A stretch of 64,000 nucleotides of DNA from Tubiluchus corallicola. Its lineage: Eukaryota > Animalia > Priapulida. Both the position numbers and the translations under genes were made by a program. Where the stretch lies: contig JAQGDQ010000211.1 in the NCBI GenBank assembly GCA_030141605.1, positions 270,885-334,884 on the forward strand. Reading direction: 5' to 3'. Below, in pieces: positions 1 through 12,855 of the stretch; the stretch's first letter is position 1, and each line of letters opens with the position of its first letter. The notes beneath the pieces were generated by a model. The model was not told where the DNA came from. It searched no databases and saw only the letters and a program-made list of their open reading frames with translations.

Positions 1-73
1 GCTTTGCCACAAAGTCTGCACGCTTGGTTGATCAGAATCAGGAATGCTATTACCCAAGCCTTGTTGTCGACAC
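1..73 (+). CDS. ABCC1: ABCC1/MRP1-like transporter, internal exon (5'-truncated by the window edge)
   Basis: Frame from nt 3 reads FATKSARLVDQNQECYYPSLVVD+AC, aligning with human MRP1 [29 protein letters not shown] donor at 74; phase 2 fits the next exon. Symbol means ABCC1-like; orthology not established. Confidence 0.88.
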
Positions 74-99
74 GTAAGTTAATTCTGCTTTGCATTTCT

Positions 100-150
100 A
101 AGGCAGAAGGTCTTCGGTTCGAGTCCCGGGAAAGGTGCAAAATTTTCCAG
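100..150 (+). mobile_element. tRNA-derived SINE head fragment
   Basis: Pol III B-box GGTTCGAGTCCC at 116-127 with no complete cloverleaf, inside an intron. Confidence 0.35.
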
Positions 151-370
151 ACTTCTAATTTAGTATTTTCATTCATACGTGTGTGTGACAACTTTCTTTT
201 ATTGCGTATCAAAGATTCAAAGTTGGTATTCTGGAAAGGAAAGATTACGCCTATACCAAAATTTATGCAAAAAACGTCTGATCGTTAAGAAGATTTGATG
301 TTCGTCATTTTATTTGGCATCAAATGTAGAAAGTTAGTATAGACGGTTCATTTCCAAAACGAGTCATATT

Positions 371-1667
371 CCATGTCACTACAAATAGTGCAAGTCGAAG
401 TTTCATTGTTCTACCTGATTAACTTGCTGGCCATTGAGAAATTCCACTCTTCACACAATATGTGTTAATTTTGTTAAAATGAGTATTTGCAGGTAAAAAC
501 AGCCACGGACCTATTCAGAGGGGTTCTTAAGCTTTGTAAAGATCACATTTTTGTATCAAGGTCATTTTCTGGGTTTTGTGCATTTTCAGCAAATTTATCA
601 AGTGCTTTATGCTGTTTTGCACAGTAAAGCAAAAGTGAAGCATTTTACACGGGGTGTCTTTCGATTTTTCTCAAATAGATGAACTATCTAAATATTTGAC
701 AAAACAGTCGACGAAATATCCAACCGGAATTTGCTATTTATGTAAATGCTGGACATAAACTTTTTGTGCACTAATGGTGTTTGTAAAAAAGTTGTGTAAA
801 ATTTCATGCAACAGCAGGCCGCAGCTTAGCTTTAACAACAGGTTGCCACGGCGTTTGTGACACGCAGTTGCTATGCTGTAACAACAGGTTGCCATGGTGT
901 TTGTGACACGCAGTTGCTTAGCTGGAACAACAGGTTGCCGTGGTGTTTGTGACGCGCAGTTGCTTAGCTGGAACAACAGGTTGCCGTGGTGTTTGTGACA
1001 CGCAGTTGCTTAGCTGGAACAACAGGTTGCCGTGGTGTTTGTGACACGCAGTTGCTTAGCTGTAACAACAGGTTGCCATGGTGTTTTTGACACGCAGTTG
1101 CTATGCTGGAACAACAGATTGCCACGGTGTTTGTGACACGCAGTTGCTATGCTGGAACAACAGGTTGCCATGGTGTTTGTGACACGCAGTTGCTATGCTG
1201 GAACAACAGGTTGCCATGGTGTTTGTGACACGCAGTTGCTATGCTGGAACAACAGGTTGCCATGGTGTTTGTGACACGCAGTTGCTATGCTGGAACAACA
1301 GGTTGCCATGGTGTTTGTGACACGCAGTTGCTATGCTGGAACAACAGGTTGCCATGGTGTTTGTGACACGCAGTTGCTATGCTGGAACAACAGGTTGCCA
1401 TGGTGTTTGTGACACGCAGTTGCCATGTTCATTGTCCTGCTGCAGCATCCTAACCATGCAGTGCAGCCTGGACATTGGTAATAATTGCATTGCTATGGTG
1501 ATCGCGGTAATATTGGCATTGCTATGGTGACCATGCTAATATTGGCATTGCTGTGGTGACCATGCTAATATTGGCATTGCTATGGTGATCGAGTGTTTTT
1601 GTCTGCCATCTAGGGGCAAGTTAAAAAAGCATTGCAAGTGTGTAATTGCACTACCTGCGGTTGTATG
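371..1667. mobile_element. Non-autonomous TIR element (MITE-like) with internal 46-bp tandem array, copy 1
   Basis: Collinear with 10041-11404 along its length; degenerate TIRs (aaatagtgcaa / tgtaattgcactac); array gttgccatggtgtttgtgacacgcagttgctatgctggaacaacag at about 835-1425. Confidence 0.8.
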
Positions 1668-2053
1668 TTTTTTTCGTATTTTATGAAATCTCTTTTAAAC
1701 TGTAAACGGTTTATGTATAAGTTTTTTGCTTTTTCATTACCCATTACTAGTTAGATGCAAATGTGATAAAAATAAATCACAGAACACTAGTTTGTGAAAA
1801 GAAACGAATTTACTTGCCAAATTACGTCATAGGGCATGACACGTTTTGGAAACGAACTCGATCGTAGTCTCAAAACAACAAAAATCTGAGTTTAACTTTT
1901 ACAAAAGTTGCCCGAGAATTTTTGTTGGAGGGTTTTTTCTTAAATTATATCTTTGGCGTACTTTCAAGCAGATGCTTGTTTGTTTCTGCTTGTTGACAAA
2001 TACAAAAAATTCCTTTATTTGCATCTTACTAACGAAGTGCATTTCATTTGCAG

Positions 2054-2180
2054 ATGGATGAAAATGCGTCTGGAGTTTCTGGGCGCATTCGTTGTGTTCT
2101 TTGCGGCCATATTTGCAGTGGCAGGAAAATACACGCTGTCAGCGGGAATTGTGGGATTGTCAGTTTCTTACGCACTAAAC
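2054..2180 (+). CDS. ABCC1: ABCC1-like exon (TM16 to start of TM17), 127 bp
   Basis: ttgcag acceptor, GTTAGT donor; [42 protein letters not shown] matches MRP1 [42 protein letters not shown]. Confidence 0.95.
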
Positions 2181-2332
2181 GTTAGTATGCTATATGTTCG
2201 ATTACAGGCTTTGGGTTCGATTTCGGTCGCTGACTTTTTATTTCTGCCTTTTCTTCTGTGCCGATGCATTTTCATGTATGTAGTCTTCGCGATCTTCTTA
2301 TGTCTTGTCGTTCACTTTTTCGTTGTTTTCAG

Positions 2333-2434
2333 GTAACCGACGTGTTAAACTATTTTGTTAAGATGACCAGCGACTTGGAGACGAATATCGTGTCGGTAGA
2401 ACGGATAGACGAGTATTCGCAATTAGCAGCAGAG
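2333..2434 (+). CDS. ABCC1: ABCC1-like exon (TM17 end), 102 bp
   Basis: ttttcag acceptor, GTAAGA donor; [34 protein letters not shown] contains the conserved ETNIVxVER motif. Confidence 0.95.
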
Positions 2435-3109
2435 GTAAGACATAACGAGTGCAAAAGTTTTCTCGTGCCACCCCTTGATGGTAGAAATATCGCAAAAATG
2501 GTCTGAAAACTAGCATTGCTGTCTGTTTACCCACGGCCGTTGTTTGACCTTTGACCTTCAGATGACCTCTGATGTCGGGCAAATACATTGCAGTTCATTT
2601 CGTCTCATTGCAAGATTTTAAATGATGTGTTACAAGATGAATTTTTATTCAAGGTCATTTTATCAGCCTTACCTTAAGAAGCCAAGCTACTTTTAACCTT
2701 TGCAGTTAATTTTGTGTACTTTGGAGTTTTCGTATGACGTATTACAAAAAAGTGTTTGGCTACTTTGCATATTTTCCATCAAATCAAAGTCAGCACCACT
2801 TCCAAAATATGACAACTATAGAATTGCCTAGAATTAACGGGTATCATTTCAAACGGGTATCTTTAGATTGCCGTTTGGTTTTCTTGAGAATAATAGAAAC
2901 CACGCCTAGATGTCTGATTAGTGGCATTCGTGTAAAGAATAATTTTTCAGAATGTATGTTGAATGTCGTATTACCTTGTCAAGTAACTGGTAAGAGTGTT
3001 CAGAGTTGTGAGCAAAACTTGCTGTAAGTTACTCTCTGACAGCAAGCATGAGCTGACACTCCCTTTTCTATTCATTGTGAATAATGTCGAGAGTAAATGT
3101 GCAACTCCA

Positions 3110-3935
3110 TATGTATGTAATGTGTAATGTGTGATCCATAATGCTTATGCTACAGTTTGTATTTAAACATATCGAAGTATTTCCATGTGTATGTAATGCG
3201 TGATCCGTAATGCTTATGCTACAGTTTGTATTCAAACATGTCGAAGTATTTCCATGTGTATGTAATGGTGATCCTAATGCTTATGCTACAGTTTAAAACA
3301 CAACCATGCGTGATCCGTAATGCTTATGCTACAGTTTGTATTCAAACATGTCGAAGTATTTCCATGTGTATGTAATGTGTGATCCGTAATGCTTATGCTA
3401 CAGTTTGTATTTAAACATATCGAAGTATTTCCATGTGTATGTAATGCGTGATCCGTAATGCTTATGCTACAGTTTGTATTCAAACATGTCGAAGTATTTC
3501 CATGTGTATGTAATGTGTGATCCGTAATGCTTATGCTATAGTTTGTATTTAAACATGTCGAAGTGTTTCCATGTGTATGTAATGTGTGATCCGTAATGCG
3601 TGATACGCGATCCGTATTTAAACATGTCGAAGTGTTTCCATGTGTATGTAGTGTGTGATCCGTAATGCGTGATCCGTAATGCTTATGCTACAGTTTATAT
3701 TTAAACATGTCGAAGTGTTTCAATGTGTATGTAATGTGTGATCTGTAATACATGATGCGTGATCCGTAACGCTTATGCTACAGTTTGTATTTAAACATGT
3801 CGAAGTGTTTCCATGTGTATGTAATGTGTGATCTGTAATACATGATGTGTGATCCGTAATGCTTATGCTACAGTTTGTATTTAAACATGTCGAAGTGTTT
3901 CAATGTGTATGTAATGTGTGATCTGTAATACATGA
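3110..3935. repeat. ~69-bp minisatellite in ABCC intron
   Basis: Unit tgtatttaaacatgtcgaagtatttccatgtgtatgtaatgtgtgatccgtaatgcttatgctacagtt, about 11 copies. Confidence 0.9.
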
Positions 3936-4658
3936 TGCATGGCAGATGTTAGTATAACTGTACCCGGTCTGACAATCATAGCTTAGCATGCATGACCCAT
4001 TTCACCAAGAATGACCAAGAATGCTCAAACACTCCAATCCAAACATGAAGTCCAGACATAAGTGTGTACTTTAGTAGTTTATTCTGCTAAGAATATAGAA
4101 ATGTAAATGAGGAGATTGTTGCATATTTTGTGGAAATAATAACTTCAAATTAGTACATACACAAACAAATTACATTTCAAAGTAACATATCACATATACA
4201 GTTAATTTCAGTAGTTAATCAAAACTGCAAAAATTATTAAATTAAATAGAAGCAACTTAACATCCTTGCCCAAACATTAGAGCACCATTAGAGAACTGTA
4301 ACAGACAATAAACACCAATTGTAACTGCAGACAGCAGGAAACAGTAATTTAGTTAACAAGATGCAAACCTATAAACTACATGTGACCAGACCCAACATAT
4401 CAAGGCCAAGTGTCTGCAGTTTTCACAAAGCCAGGTACCTAAAGTCATCAACCATGAAATCACCTGACAGGTAAGTTGAGGTACCTAATGGCCTCAGAGG
4501 GCAGCACTGTCCAGTACAATCATAGCTTAACATGTTGCTAGGATTTTACTAGACATGTGCAGAATCGTGCATTGAACGATCTTCTAAATTGGCTGTAGAT
4601 ACCTTACCTCTCGTAAACACTGTAATATTTTGTTAATATGGCAGTTTCTGTCTTCTAG

Positions 4659-4820
4659 GCGGCTTGGAGCAGAGACCATAAACAGTCCGGTGGTCCGGAA
4701 TTGTCACCAAAGTGGCCGGAAATGGGCACGATTGATTTTAGCAACCTGCAGTTACGATATCGGCCGGGATTGGACCTGGTGTTAAGAGATCTAACTTGCA
4801 ACGTTGCTAGTCAGGAAAAG
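4659..4820 (+). CDS. ABCC1: ABCC1-like exon (linker to NBD2 start), 162 bp
   Basis: ttctag acceptor, GTAAAC donor; AAWSRDHKQSGGPELSPKWPEMGTIDFSNLQLRYRPGLDLVLRDLTCNVASQEK (WPxxGxIxF...LRYRPGLDLVL). Confidence 0.95.
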
Positions 4821-4894
4821 GTAAACCCACCTACTTATTATTACCGATCATCTGTTTTGCAATTCAGTTTTCTTGTAAATGTGTGAGCATTAAA

Positions 4895-5476
4895 CAAATT
4901 TTTGTTTGTTTTCATTTTAAATCTCCCGCAATACTGTTCCGAAGTCGCCATGACATGACGTCACCTACACAAGCGTAAATCAGGGGAAGAAAAGGAAATG
5001 TTAAATTATGTAACAAAAAACTTTCCACACAAATCTATATTACTTATCATTTCGCTTACCCGAAGGAAAGGCTTATGTATCTATAAATAATAATTTAAAA
5101 TGCTTTCACCAATTGGTAAAATGTCGCCGCCTCACCCTCCAGGGAGCACCACTCACTAACCAAAAACGTACTTTTAATCTTATTGACAAGATACAGTAAT
5201 TTAAAATGTTACTTAGTTAGCAACATGTGTGCTACGAATGCTCTAATTATTTTTTCAAACTTTTCTCAGTGTTATGAAAATTTGTTTCAAACGACCTACC
5301 ATCAAAATGGCTGCACCTAATGGTCATCGCTGGAGTTTAAATTTACACGTTTTATACAGCTTTATGGCCGATGCAAGCCATGCATATGAAAAGGTAGTAT
5401 GTAAGTGGTATAAAATTTCGAGGCGAATTTTTTAAGCTTTACGTAAGTGGAGGGTTTCGTGTGGTTTAACTTTAAG
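4895..5476. mobile_element. Dispersed repeat (probable TTAA-flanked, Kolobok-like non-autonomous DNA element), reverse complement of 49693-50378
   Basis: e.g. ttcattttaaatctcccgcaatactgttccga here versus tcggaacagttttgcgggagatttaaaatgaa at about 50217; collinear over roughly 550 bp. Confidence 0.7.
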
Positions 5477-5553
5477 CCCAAATGTAATTAAAGTCATTTG
5501 ATTTTAATTCGAACGTTTGATGCTTTCCCTCATTGCTTTCTGATTTGCTTTAG

Positions 5554-5745
<192 letters not shown>

Positions 5746-6271
5746 TAGTAAGTCTTTCATTTTCTCGATAAATTTCACATAATGGTGAAGCAACCTTGCT
5801 GAAAAACGAGACATTAATTTGATTTTAACAATTCGTTTGTTGTTCTATGTGTTAATCGCATTTTATCTCCAAGCTTTGCAACCCTTTTGTTAATTAAGAA
5901 TTGTAGACGTAGCAAATAGGTGTAAAATGTTCACTGTTCACGATGTCCCGTAGCTAGGCAACTGAATATCTGAAACGGTAGTGTGCAAAACTTCAAATCG
6001 AATAGTTGTTTCTTTGTTTCTCGTCTTTTTAACAGTATTTTCAATATCTTTTATCAAAAGAACAGCATGTCTTCAACGAGCAGTGTCCTTTGTGTGTAGT
6101 TTATAAACGTTGTCTTGACGTTCGTGTAGAAGTTGAAACTTCACACTAAGCCGGATGTTTGAGCAACAGATATTTTAATCATCTTTGCGAAACGAAATCC
6201 TCTTTTGATTCTCTTGTTTTCATGTTTTCTCTCATGAAAGTGGCCAGAGCTGTTGCTCTGAAGAACGACTA

Positions 6272-6770
6272 CAGTCAACCTCGGGTATAAGGGACGCTCG
6301 CTTATAAGGGACCACCAACACCGGTCCCGATTATTCGTAACGTTTTTCCTATGTAAAAATCTTCATATATATATATATATATATACGGTATTGGATGTAA
6401 GGGACTTTTGGTTATAAGGGACGATATATTTGGGTCCCGCCTAATACAAACCCAGGTAAATTACCTCGCATATAAGGGACTCTATGATCAAACCAAAATT
6501 GATTGATTTTTAACGTCAATTTTTCGCAACCTCGGCTTTCGAACAGCTCGGTTTCTGCGGTCACATACATCTCACATCACTGAAGGAGCTTCCTACATAC
6601 CGTTTGCACTGAATGTGTAGCAATAACCCGTAAAAATATAGGTAAAAGTACAGAAAAGTACAGGTCTAGATACACCCTTGGTCTGACTCAACTTCGGCTT
6701 AAAGGGACATCGGATATAAGGGACGGCTTTTTCCCGGTCTGGAGGCATCCCTTATATCCGAGATTGACTG
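6272..6770. mobile_element. Tc1/mariner (pogo-type) MITE
   Basis: TIRs cagtcaacctcgggtataaggga / tcccttatatccgagattgactg, TA on both sides, repeated subterminal ataagggac motifs. Confidence 0.9.
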
Positions 6771-6959
6771 TATATGACCGATTTATATAAGTCCACTCTT
6801 CTGAAATGCTAATTAATTTCACTGCTATTAATACTCGTAGTTTCTCTACAATGAATGGCCCATCGAGGCAGGTACATACTCATTTACTAATGAAGATTTG
6901 CCTGCATTAATGCATTTCTGTCGTGTGTGTGAGAAAAATAAAATCAATGGCAGAAACAG

Positions 6960-7450
6960 ACAATGATAGGAACAATGCCATATTGTCAACAGCAACAACA
7001 ACGACAGCAATGTAACAATAACAGCGGCAACATCGACAAGAGTGACATTATCGACGATGACGACGATGGTGAATGGTCACAACAACAAAAATCAAACGAG
7101 CGGCGATGGCATTGGTAACAGAAACAAAAGTAACAGCAACAACAACAATGACAATCTAACGATAACACCGGCAACAGCGGCAACATCGACAAGAGCGACA
7201 TTATCGACGATGACAACGACAATGGTAACAACAACAAAAATCAAACAAGAGTGATGATGGCATTGGTAACAGAAACAAAAGTAACAGCAACAACAACGAT
7301 GGCAATCTAACGATAACACCGGCAACATCAACAAGAGTGACATTATCAATGATGATGACGACGACGACAAATGGTCATAACTACAAAAATCAAACAAGAG
7401 CGACGATGGCATTGGTAACAGAAACAAAAAGTGACAGTAACAACGACACT
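6960..7450. repeat. Degenerate ~145-bp tandem duplications of (aac/gac)-rich sequence
   Basis: gatggcattggtaacagaaacaaaa recurs at about 7106, 7256 and 7406. Confidence 0.75.
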
Positions 7451-7833
7451 TTCTCTTGCATAAGTCACCCAGGTGCTTCGAATACATATTACTGTACTGA
7501 TATTGGGTCAAAATGTCCTAATTTAGAGTGTCGTCCGGAAAAAAAACATTCTTCCAAACTAACTCGTAGCCTTTTGCGTCCGTAAAGAAATCTGTAAGAG
7601 AGATCCATGTCATCGTATCGCCCGGCTTCCCCTCTTTCCGAAGAGTTATAAACTTCCCTCCAGGACCTACTCATCAAGTGCCCGTGGAAGATTCTTTCTA
7701 TATGGCGTTGCTGTACAAAATGAAGTTGGGAAATCTCCAAAATGGCCGACTTTGGCCGTTCCTTTCTCATTGCCGGAAGACCAGAACACTGTGTACAAAA
7801 AGTTCACTTGTGGTGGTTGGGACTAAAAGTTAA

Positions 7834-8049
<216 letters not shown>

Positions 8050-8178
8050 TAGGTCGAAGCAGGTGCTGCCATCTATATTATGATTAACTGATAGGTAGGT
8101 AAATAGATAGACAGACTGACTGACTGACTTACATTTGTTAAATGTAATAATAACATAATAAAATGTAATATTTGTTAA

Positions 8179-8424
<246 letters not shown>

Positions 8425-8694
8425 TAACCCTCCCATCCATAGGAAAATGTGGCATGTCGCAGGATTTTTTAAAACCTCTTTTGGATGTGCCTTTCTGCCT
8501 TTAATGGTTTATACCGGTTCAGCTAATTTGTGTGTTTGCTGATGAAAGTGTGTAACACAGTGTGATATGTTTATACCATCATTATTCCATTATTGCACCA
8601 TTATTGTTCCATTAGGGAACTGTTATTGTTCCATTGTTGCACCCTTATTGTTGTTGTTATTATTATTGCATCTTGATTTTTTGTGCATGGGACA

Positions 8695-9020
8695 ATATTG
8701 TTAAAGGAAAAGTCAACATTCTGGAAAGTGAGTCTCATTTCAATGTGTGTTAAAAATACTTGAAGGACTTTGTAATAAACATTGTTAAAGGAAAAGTCAA
8801 CATTCTGGGAAGTTAGTCTCATTTCAATGTGTGTGAGAAATACTTGAAGGACTTTGTAATAAACATTGTTAAAGGAAAAGTCAACATTCTGGAAAGTTAA
8901 TCTCATGTCATTGTGAGTGAGAAATACTTGAAGGACTTTGTAATAAACATTGTTAAAGGAAAAGTCAACATTCTGGGAAGTTTGTCTTATTTCTATGTTT
9001 GTGAAAAATACTCGAAAGAT
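8695..9020. repeat. 84-bp minisatellite (about 4 copies)
   Basis: ttgttaaaggaaaagtcaacattctgg recurs every 84 bp. Confidence 0.9.
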
Positions 9021-9719
9021 GTAGCATTGAAGGTACAATATATGCTTCATGTAATTGGTAAAATTGCTTTGAAGTTACGATCATCTCATGTTTGGGTGCT
9101 TCTATTTTGAATACCCATTTTTTCTCCATTGACGTTATTCATCGGCTAAGAAAAGCAGCGCACTGCCAATTTCCATCAAAAGTATAATAAGTTTTTGCAA
9201 AAAATTAGATAACTAATTCTGTAATATTTCTGCATGAACGTTAGATAAGCTATAGAGGTTTGAATTAGTTTAAGCAGCACGCGCTTACAAAAAGTCACGA
9301 AGTCCATCAGTTAAATCATATTTTTTAAGTGAATGGCGGCTTCCACTGCGAATGGAAATTTCTTTACAGTTGTAGTTTAAATTAACTCTAATGCTTTATA
9401 GGCAGTTTTTTGGCCAATTTTTGTTATATTTCAAATTTTCAAATATTCTAAATTCAAATGATAAGAGTAAAATAAACTCAACATGCTAAATGACTTGTTC
9501 TTTCCTTTAACAATAAGCTGGCTTATAGCTGTGTTGTATAAGAGTAGTTTATTGCAAAATGTCTTACGTAGTTGCATCACTAAAAGTTTTTCCATTAGTT
9601 ACTTTGAATCTTTTGGTCGATAAATTCGCTCTCCCTTCCTAATATGGTACTATGATTGTACAATATTGTTTGCTGTCCTTGGTAGAGAATAAAGTGTGAC
9701 CACATTTTGCTATTTTCAG

Positions 9720-9831
9720 GGTTTTGGTTCTGGAGAACGGAACGGTGAAAGAATTCGACACCCCGGAAAACTTGTTGAAAGATCGTACTAGCATTTTCTA
9801 CAGCCTGGCCAGGGAAGCAGGCCTGGTGTAA
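9720..9831 (+). CDS. ABCC1: ABCC1-like terminal coding exon
   Basis: ttttcag acceptor; (R)VLVLENGTVKEFDTPENLLKDRTSIFYSLAREAGLV*, the same AGLV C-terminus as human MRP1. Confidence 0.95.
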
Positions 9832-10010
9832 TGAACAATGTATGCTATGAAATCCATAGGGAAGCAGGCCTGGTGTAATAAACAATGTATGCTGTGAGGT
9901 CCATAGGGAAGCAGGGATGGTGTAATAAATAATGTATGGTATGAGGTCCATAGGGAAGCAGGTTTAGTGTTGTGAATCATGTATTCTATGAACATCCAAT
10001 AGGGCAGCTG
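9811..10010 (+). repeat. 47-bp tandem repeat overlapping the ABCC stop codon and 3' UTR
   Basis: agggaagcaggcctggtgtaatgaacaatgtatgctatgaaatccat, about 4 increasingly diverged copies. Confidence 0.85.
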
Positions 10011-10040
10011 GCTATAGCTTATGGTTGGTCTTGTACCAAT

Positions 10041-11404
10041 CCATGTGACTGTAAATAGTGCAATTACAAGTTTCATTGTTGTGCCTAATTAACTTGCTGA
10101 TCATCGAGAAATTTCAGTTTTTACACAATAGTTGTTAATTTTGTTACAATGAGTAACTGCAGGTAAAAAAGAGCCAACAGATCTATTTAGAGGGGTTCTT
10201 AAGTTTTGTAATGATCACATTTTTGTGTCAAGATCGTTTACGGGTTTAGTGCGTTTTCGGTAAATTTATTAAGTGTTTTGTGCTGTTTTGTTCAGTAAAT
10301 GGGGCGTTTTTCATGGGGTGCCGGTGCATTTTTCTCAAGTAGTTAAATTGTTTGCCTATTTAGACAAAAACATTAGTCAAATAGTTAACAAAATTTCCAT
10401 TCAGAATATGTTTATTATGTATGGTGTTTAAATGCAGGACATGAACTTTTTGTGCGCTAATGATATTTGTAAATAACTTGTGTAAAATTTCACGCAGCAG
10501 CAAGCCGCAATTTAACTGGTACAACAGGTTGCCATGGTGTTTGCGACACGCAGTTGCTATGCTGGAACAACAGGTTGCCATGGTGTTTGTGACACGCAGT
10601 TGCTATGCTGGAACAACAGGTTGCCATGGTGTTTGTGACATGCAGTTGCTATGCTGGAACAAAGGTTGCCATGGTGTTTGTGACACGCAGTTGCTTAGCT
10701 GGAACAACAGGTTGCCATGGTGTTTGTGACACACAATTGCTATGCTGGAACAACAGGTTGCCATGGTGTTTGTGACACGCAGTTGCTATGCTGGAACAAC
10801 AGGTTGCCATGGTGTTTGTGACACGCAGTTGCTATGCTGGAACAACAGGTTGCCATGGTGTTTGTGACACGCATTTGCTATGCTGCAACAACAGGTTGCC
10901 ATTTTGTTTGCGACATGCATTTGCTATGCTGGAACAACAGGTTGCCACTGTGTTTGTGACACGCAGTTGCTATGCTGGAACAACAGGCTGCCATGGTGTT
11001 TGTGGCACGCAATTGCTATGCTGGAACAACAGGTTGCCATGGTGTTTGTGACATGCAGTTGCTATGCTGGAACAACAGGTTGCCATGGTGTTTGTGACAC
11101 GCATCTGCTATGCTGGAAAAACAGGTTGCCATGGTGTTTGTGACACGCAATTGCTATGCTGGAACAACAGGTTACCATGGTGTTTGTGACACGCAGTTGC
11201 TATGCTGGAACAACAGGTTGCCCTGGTGTTTGTGACACACAGCCGCTATGTTCATTGTCCTGCTGTAGGTTCTAACATCACAATGCCGGAATGGGCATTG
11301 ATAATGTTGATTTGCTATGGCGACTGAACAATTTTTTGTGTGCCATCTAGGGGCCAGTTGAGAAAACAATGCAACTGTGTAATTGCACTACTTACAGTCG
11401 TACG
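10041..11404. mobile_element. Non-autonomous TIR element with internal 46-bp tandem array, copy 2
   Basis: TIR gactgtaaatagtgcaattaca (10047) / tgtaattgcactacttacagtc (ends 11399), 21/22 match; array at about 10520-11240. Confidence 0.88.
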
Positions 11405-12299
11405 TAATAAAAAAAATCATAAGCTTCCGATAGCAAGACTCTGTCCTCCGATAAAGTTGATAATTATTACTCGCGATGATTTGTTCTTGTTACCTCAAAT
11501 TACTTGATCTTATAAAACTTATGTGTTGCTTGCAAACCAAAACCGTCCATAAGTCGGCATAGTTAAAACTACGTTACGATGCTTCAAAGTAAAATGACCC
11601 AAAAATTTGGTCAAATATCGATTTTTTATGAAAACAAATGCTAAGTATACTGGACTTTTATATTCTAACATCAAATTATCAAGAAATAGAGGGAATTTAT
11701 AAATGTACATAGTATTTAAAAAATAAAGAATTATAATGACAATAATAATATCAGGAAAATGTTTAAAAAATACTAAAAATCCTATCTTTTGTGCGGTTAC
11801 TGAGTATTTTGTAGAGATGCGACAAAAAACAATGGTGAACTTTAACAGTGATTTTCTCAAGATTACGTTTTTCACTGCATAGACTGCACCTTGACTTCAA
11901 TGTGGATTATCTCAGCTTAGAAATAACATAGAGTGATGAGCTTGGTATCAAAATGATCCTCATGAAATGGAGATTCAAGATATGTAAATAATTAGAAAAC
12001 CTTAGTTGCCAACTTATGAACGATTTCGACTATGCAAGCACACATATAATGACTACAGTAAAGGCTTTTGTCTATTTAAACGATTTATGTAATAAAGATT
12101 TTTGTCGTATTTTACTGCACATATTGTTATGCACTTTAATAGTTTTATTGCCTAAAATTTGTAGAAAATCGTAAAATCGAAAATCGAGGCGTAGGTGTTG
12201 ATTTACGGTTTCTCTCTTTTGAGCTTTTGTCATTATTGGCAGTTTTTTTGAGTAATTTGTTCCTATTTTAAACATCAGCTTGTCAGTTATGGCAATTTC

Positions 12300-12670
12300 G
12301 TGGTCATAGTAGTGCAGTGGTCGTAGCACTGTCTTGGTCATGGTATTGTCATGGTCATAGCACTGTTTTGGTTATTGTATTGTGTTGGTCAAAGTGTTGT
12401 CATGGTCACAGCACTGTCTTGGTTATAGTGATATCTTAGTCATAACATTGTCTTTGTCATTGCACTGTTTTGGTCATAGCTCTCTTTTGATCATAGCTCT
12501 GTTTTGGTTATAGTGATATCTTAGTCATAACATGGTCTTTGTCATAGCACTGTTTTGATCATAGCACTGTTTTGGTCATAGCTCTGTTTTGGTCGTAGCA
12601 CTGTCTTGGTCATAGTGATATCTTAGTTATAGCATGGTCTTTGTCATAGGACTGTATTTGTCATAGTCAC
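12300..12670. repeat. Degenerate 17-bp minisatellite
   Basis: gtcatagcactgttttg-type units. Confidence 0.75.
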
Positions 12671-12855
12671 ATCCCGGTTGTGCGAACGTCGTGATTGTCA
12701 ACATATTTCTTTCTTATTGTCTTTTATTTCGTTTTATTGCAGGGATTATTGTAAGTAATTTGCTCTTGTATTTGAAATGTCTCTATATGGGTAACGTCGT
12801 GTTGTATTGTCATTGGGGGTTAGTTTTACGGGTATTTTTGCATTATTTGATTATA

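Noticed and set aside
100-150. Possible tRNA gene (GGTTCGAGTCCC)
   Set aside because: Only the T-arm/B-box is recognisable; no A-box, D-arm or acceptor stem pairing. Treated as a SINE fragment.
835-1425. Regular 46-bp and other arrays superficially like CRISPR
   Set aside because: Units are head-to-tail with no unique spacers, no cas genes are present, and the context is intron-containing eukaryotic DNA.
7489-7800. 93-aa minus-strand ORF in the ABCC intron
   Set aside because: No recognisable protein. Another frame has a short YTVFWSSGNEKGTAKVG stretch like an RTE-type endonuclease, so it is probably a decayed retroelement scrap, too weak to call.
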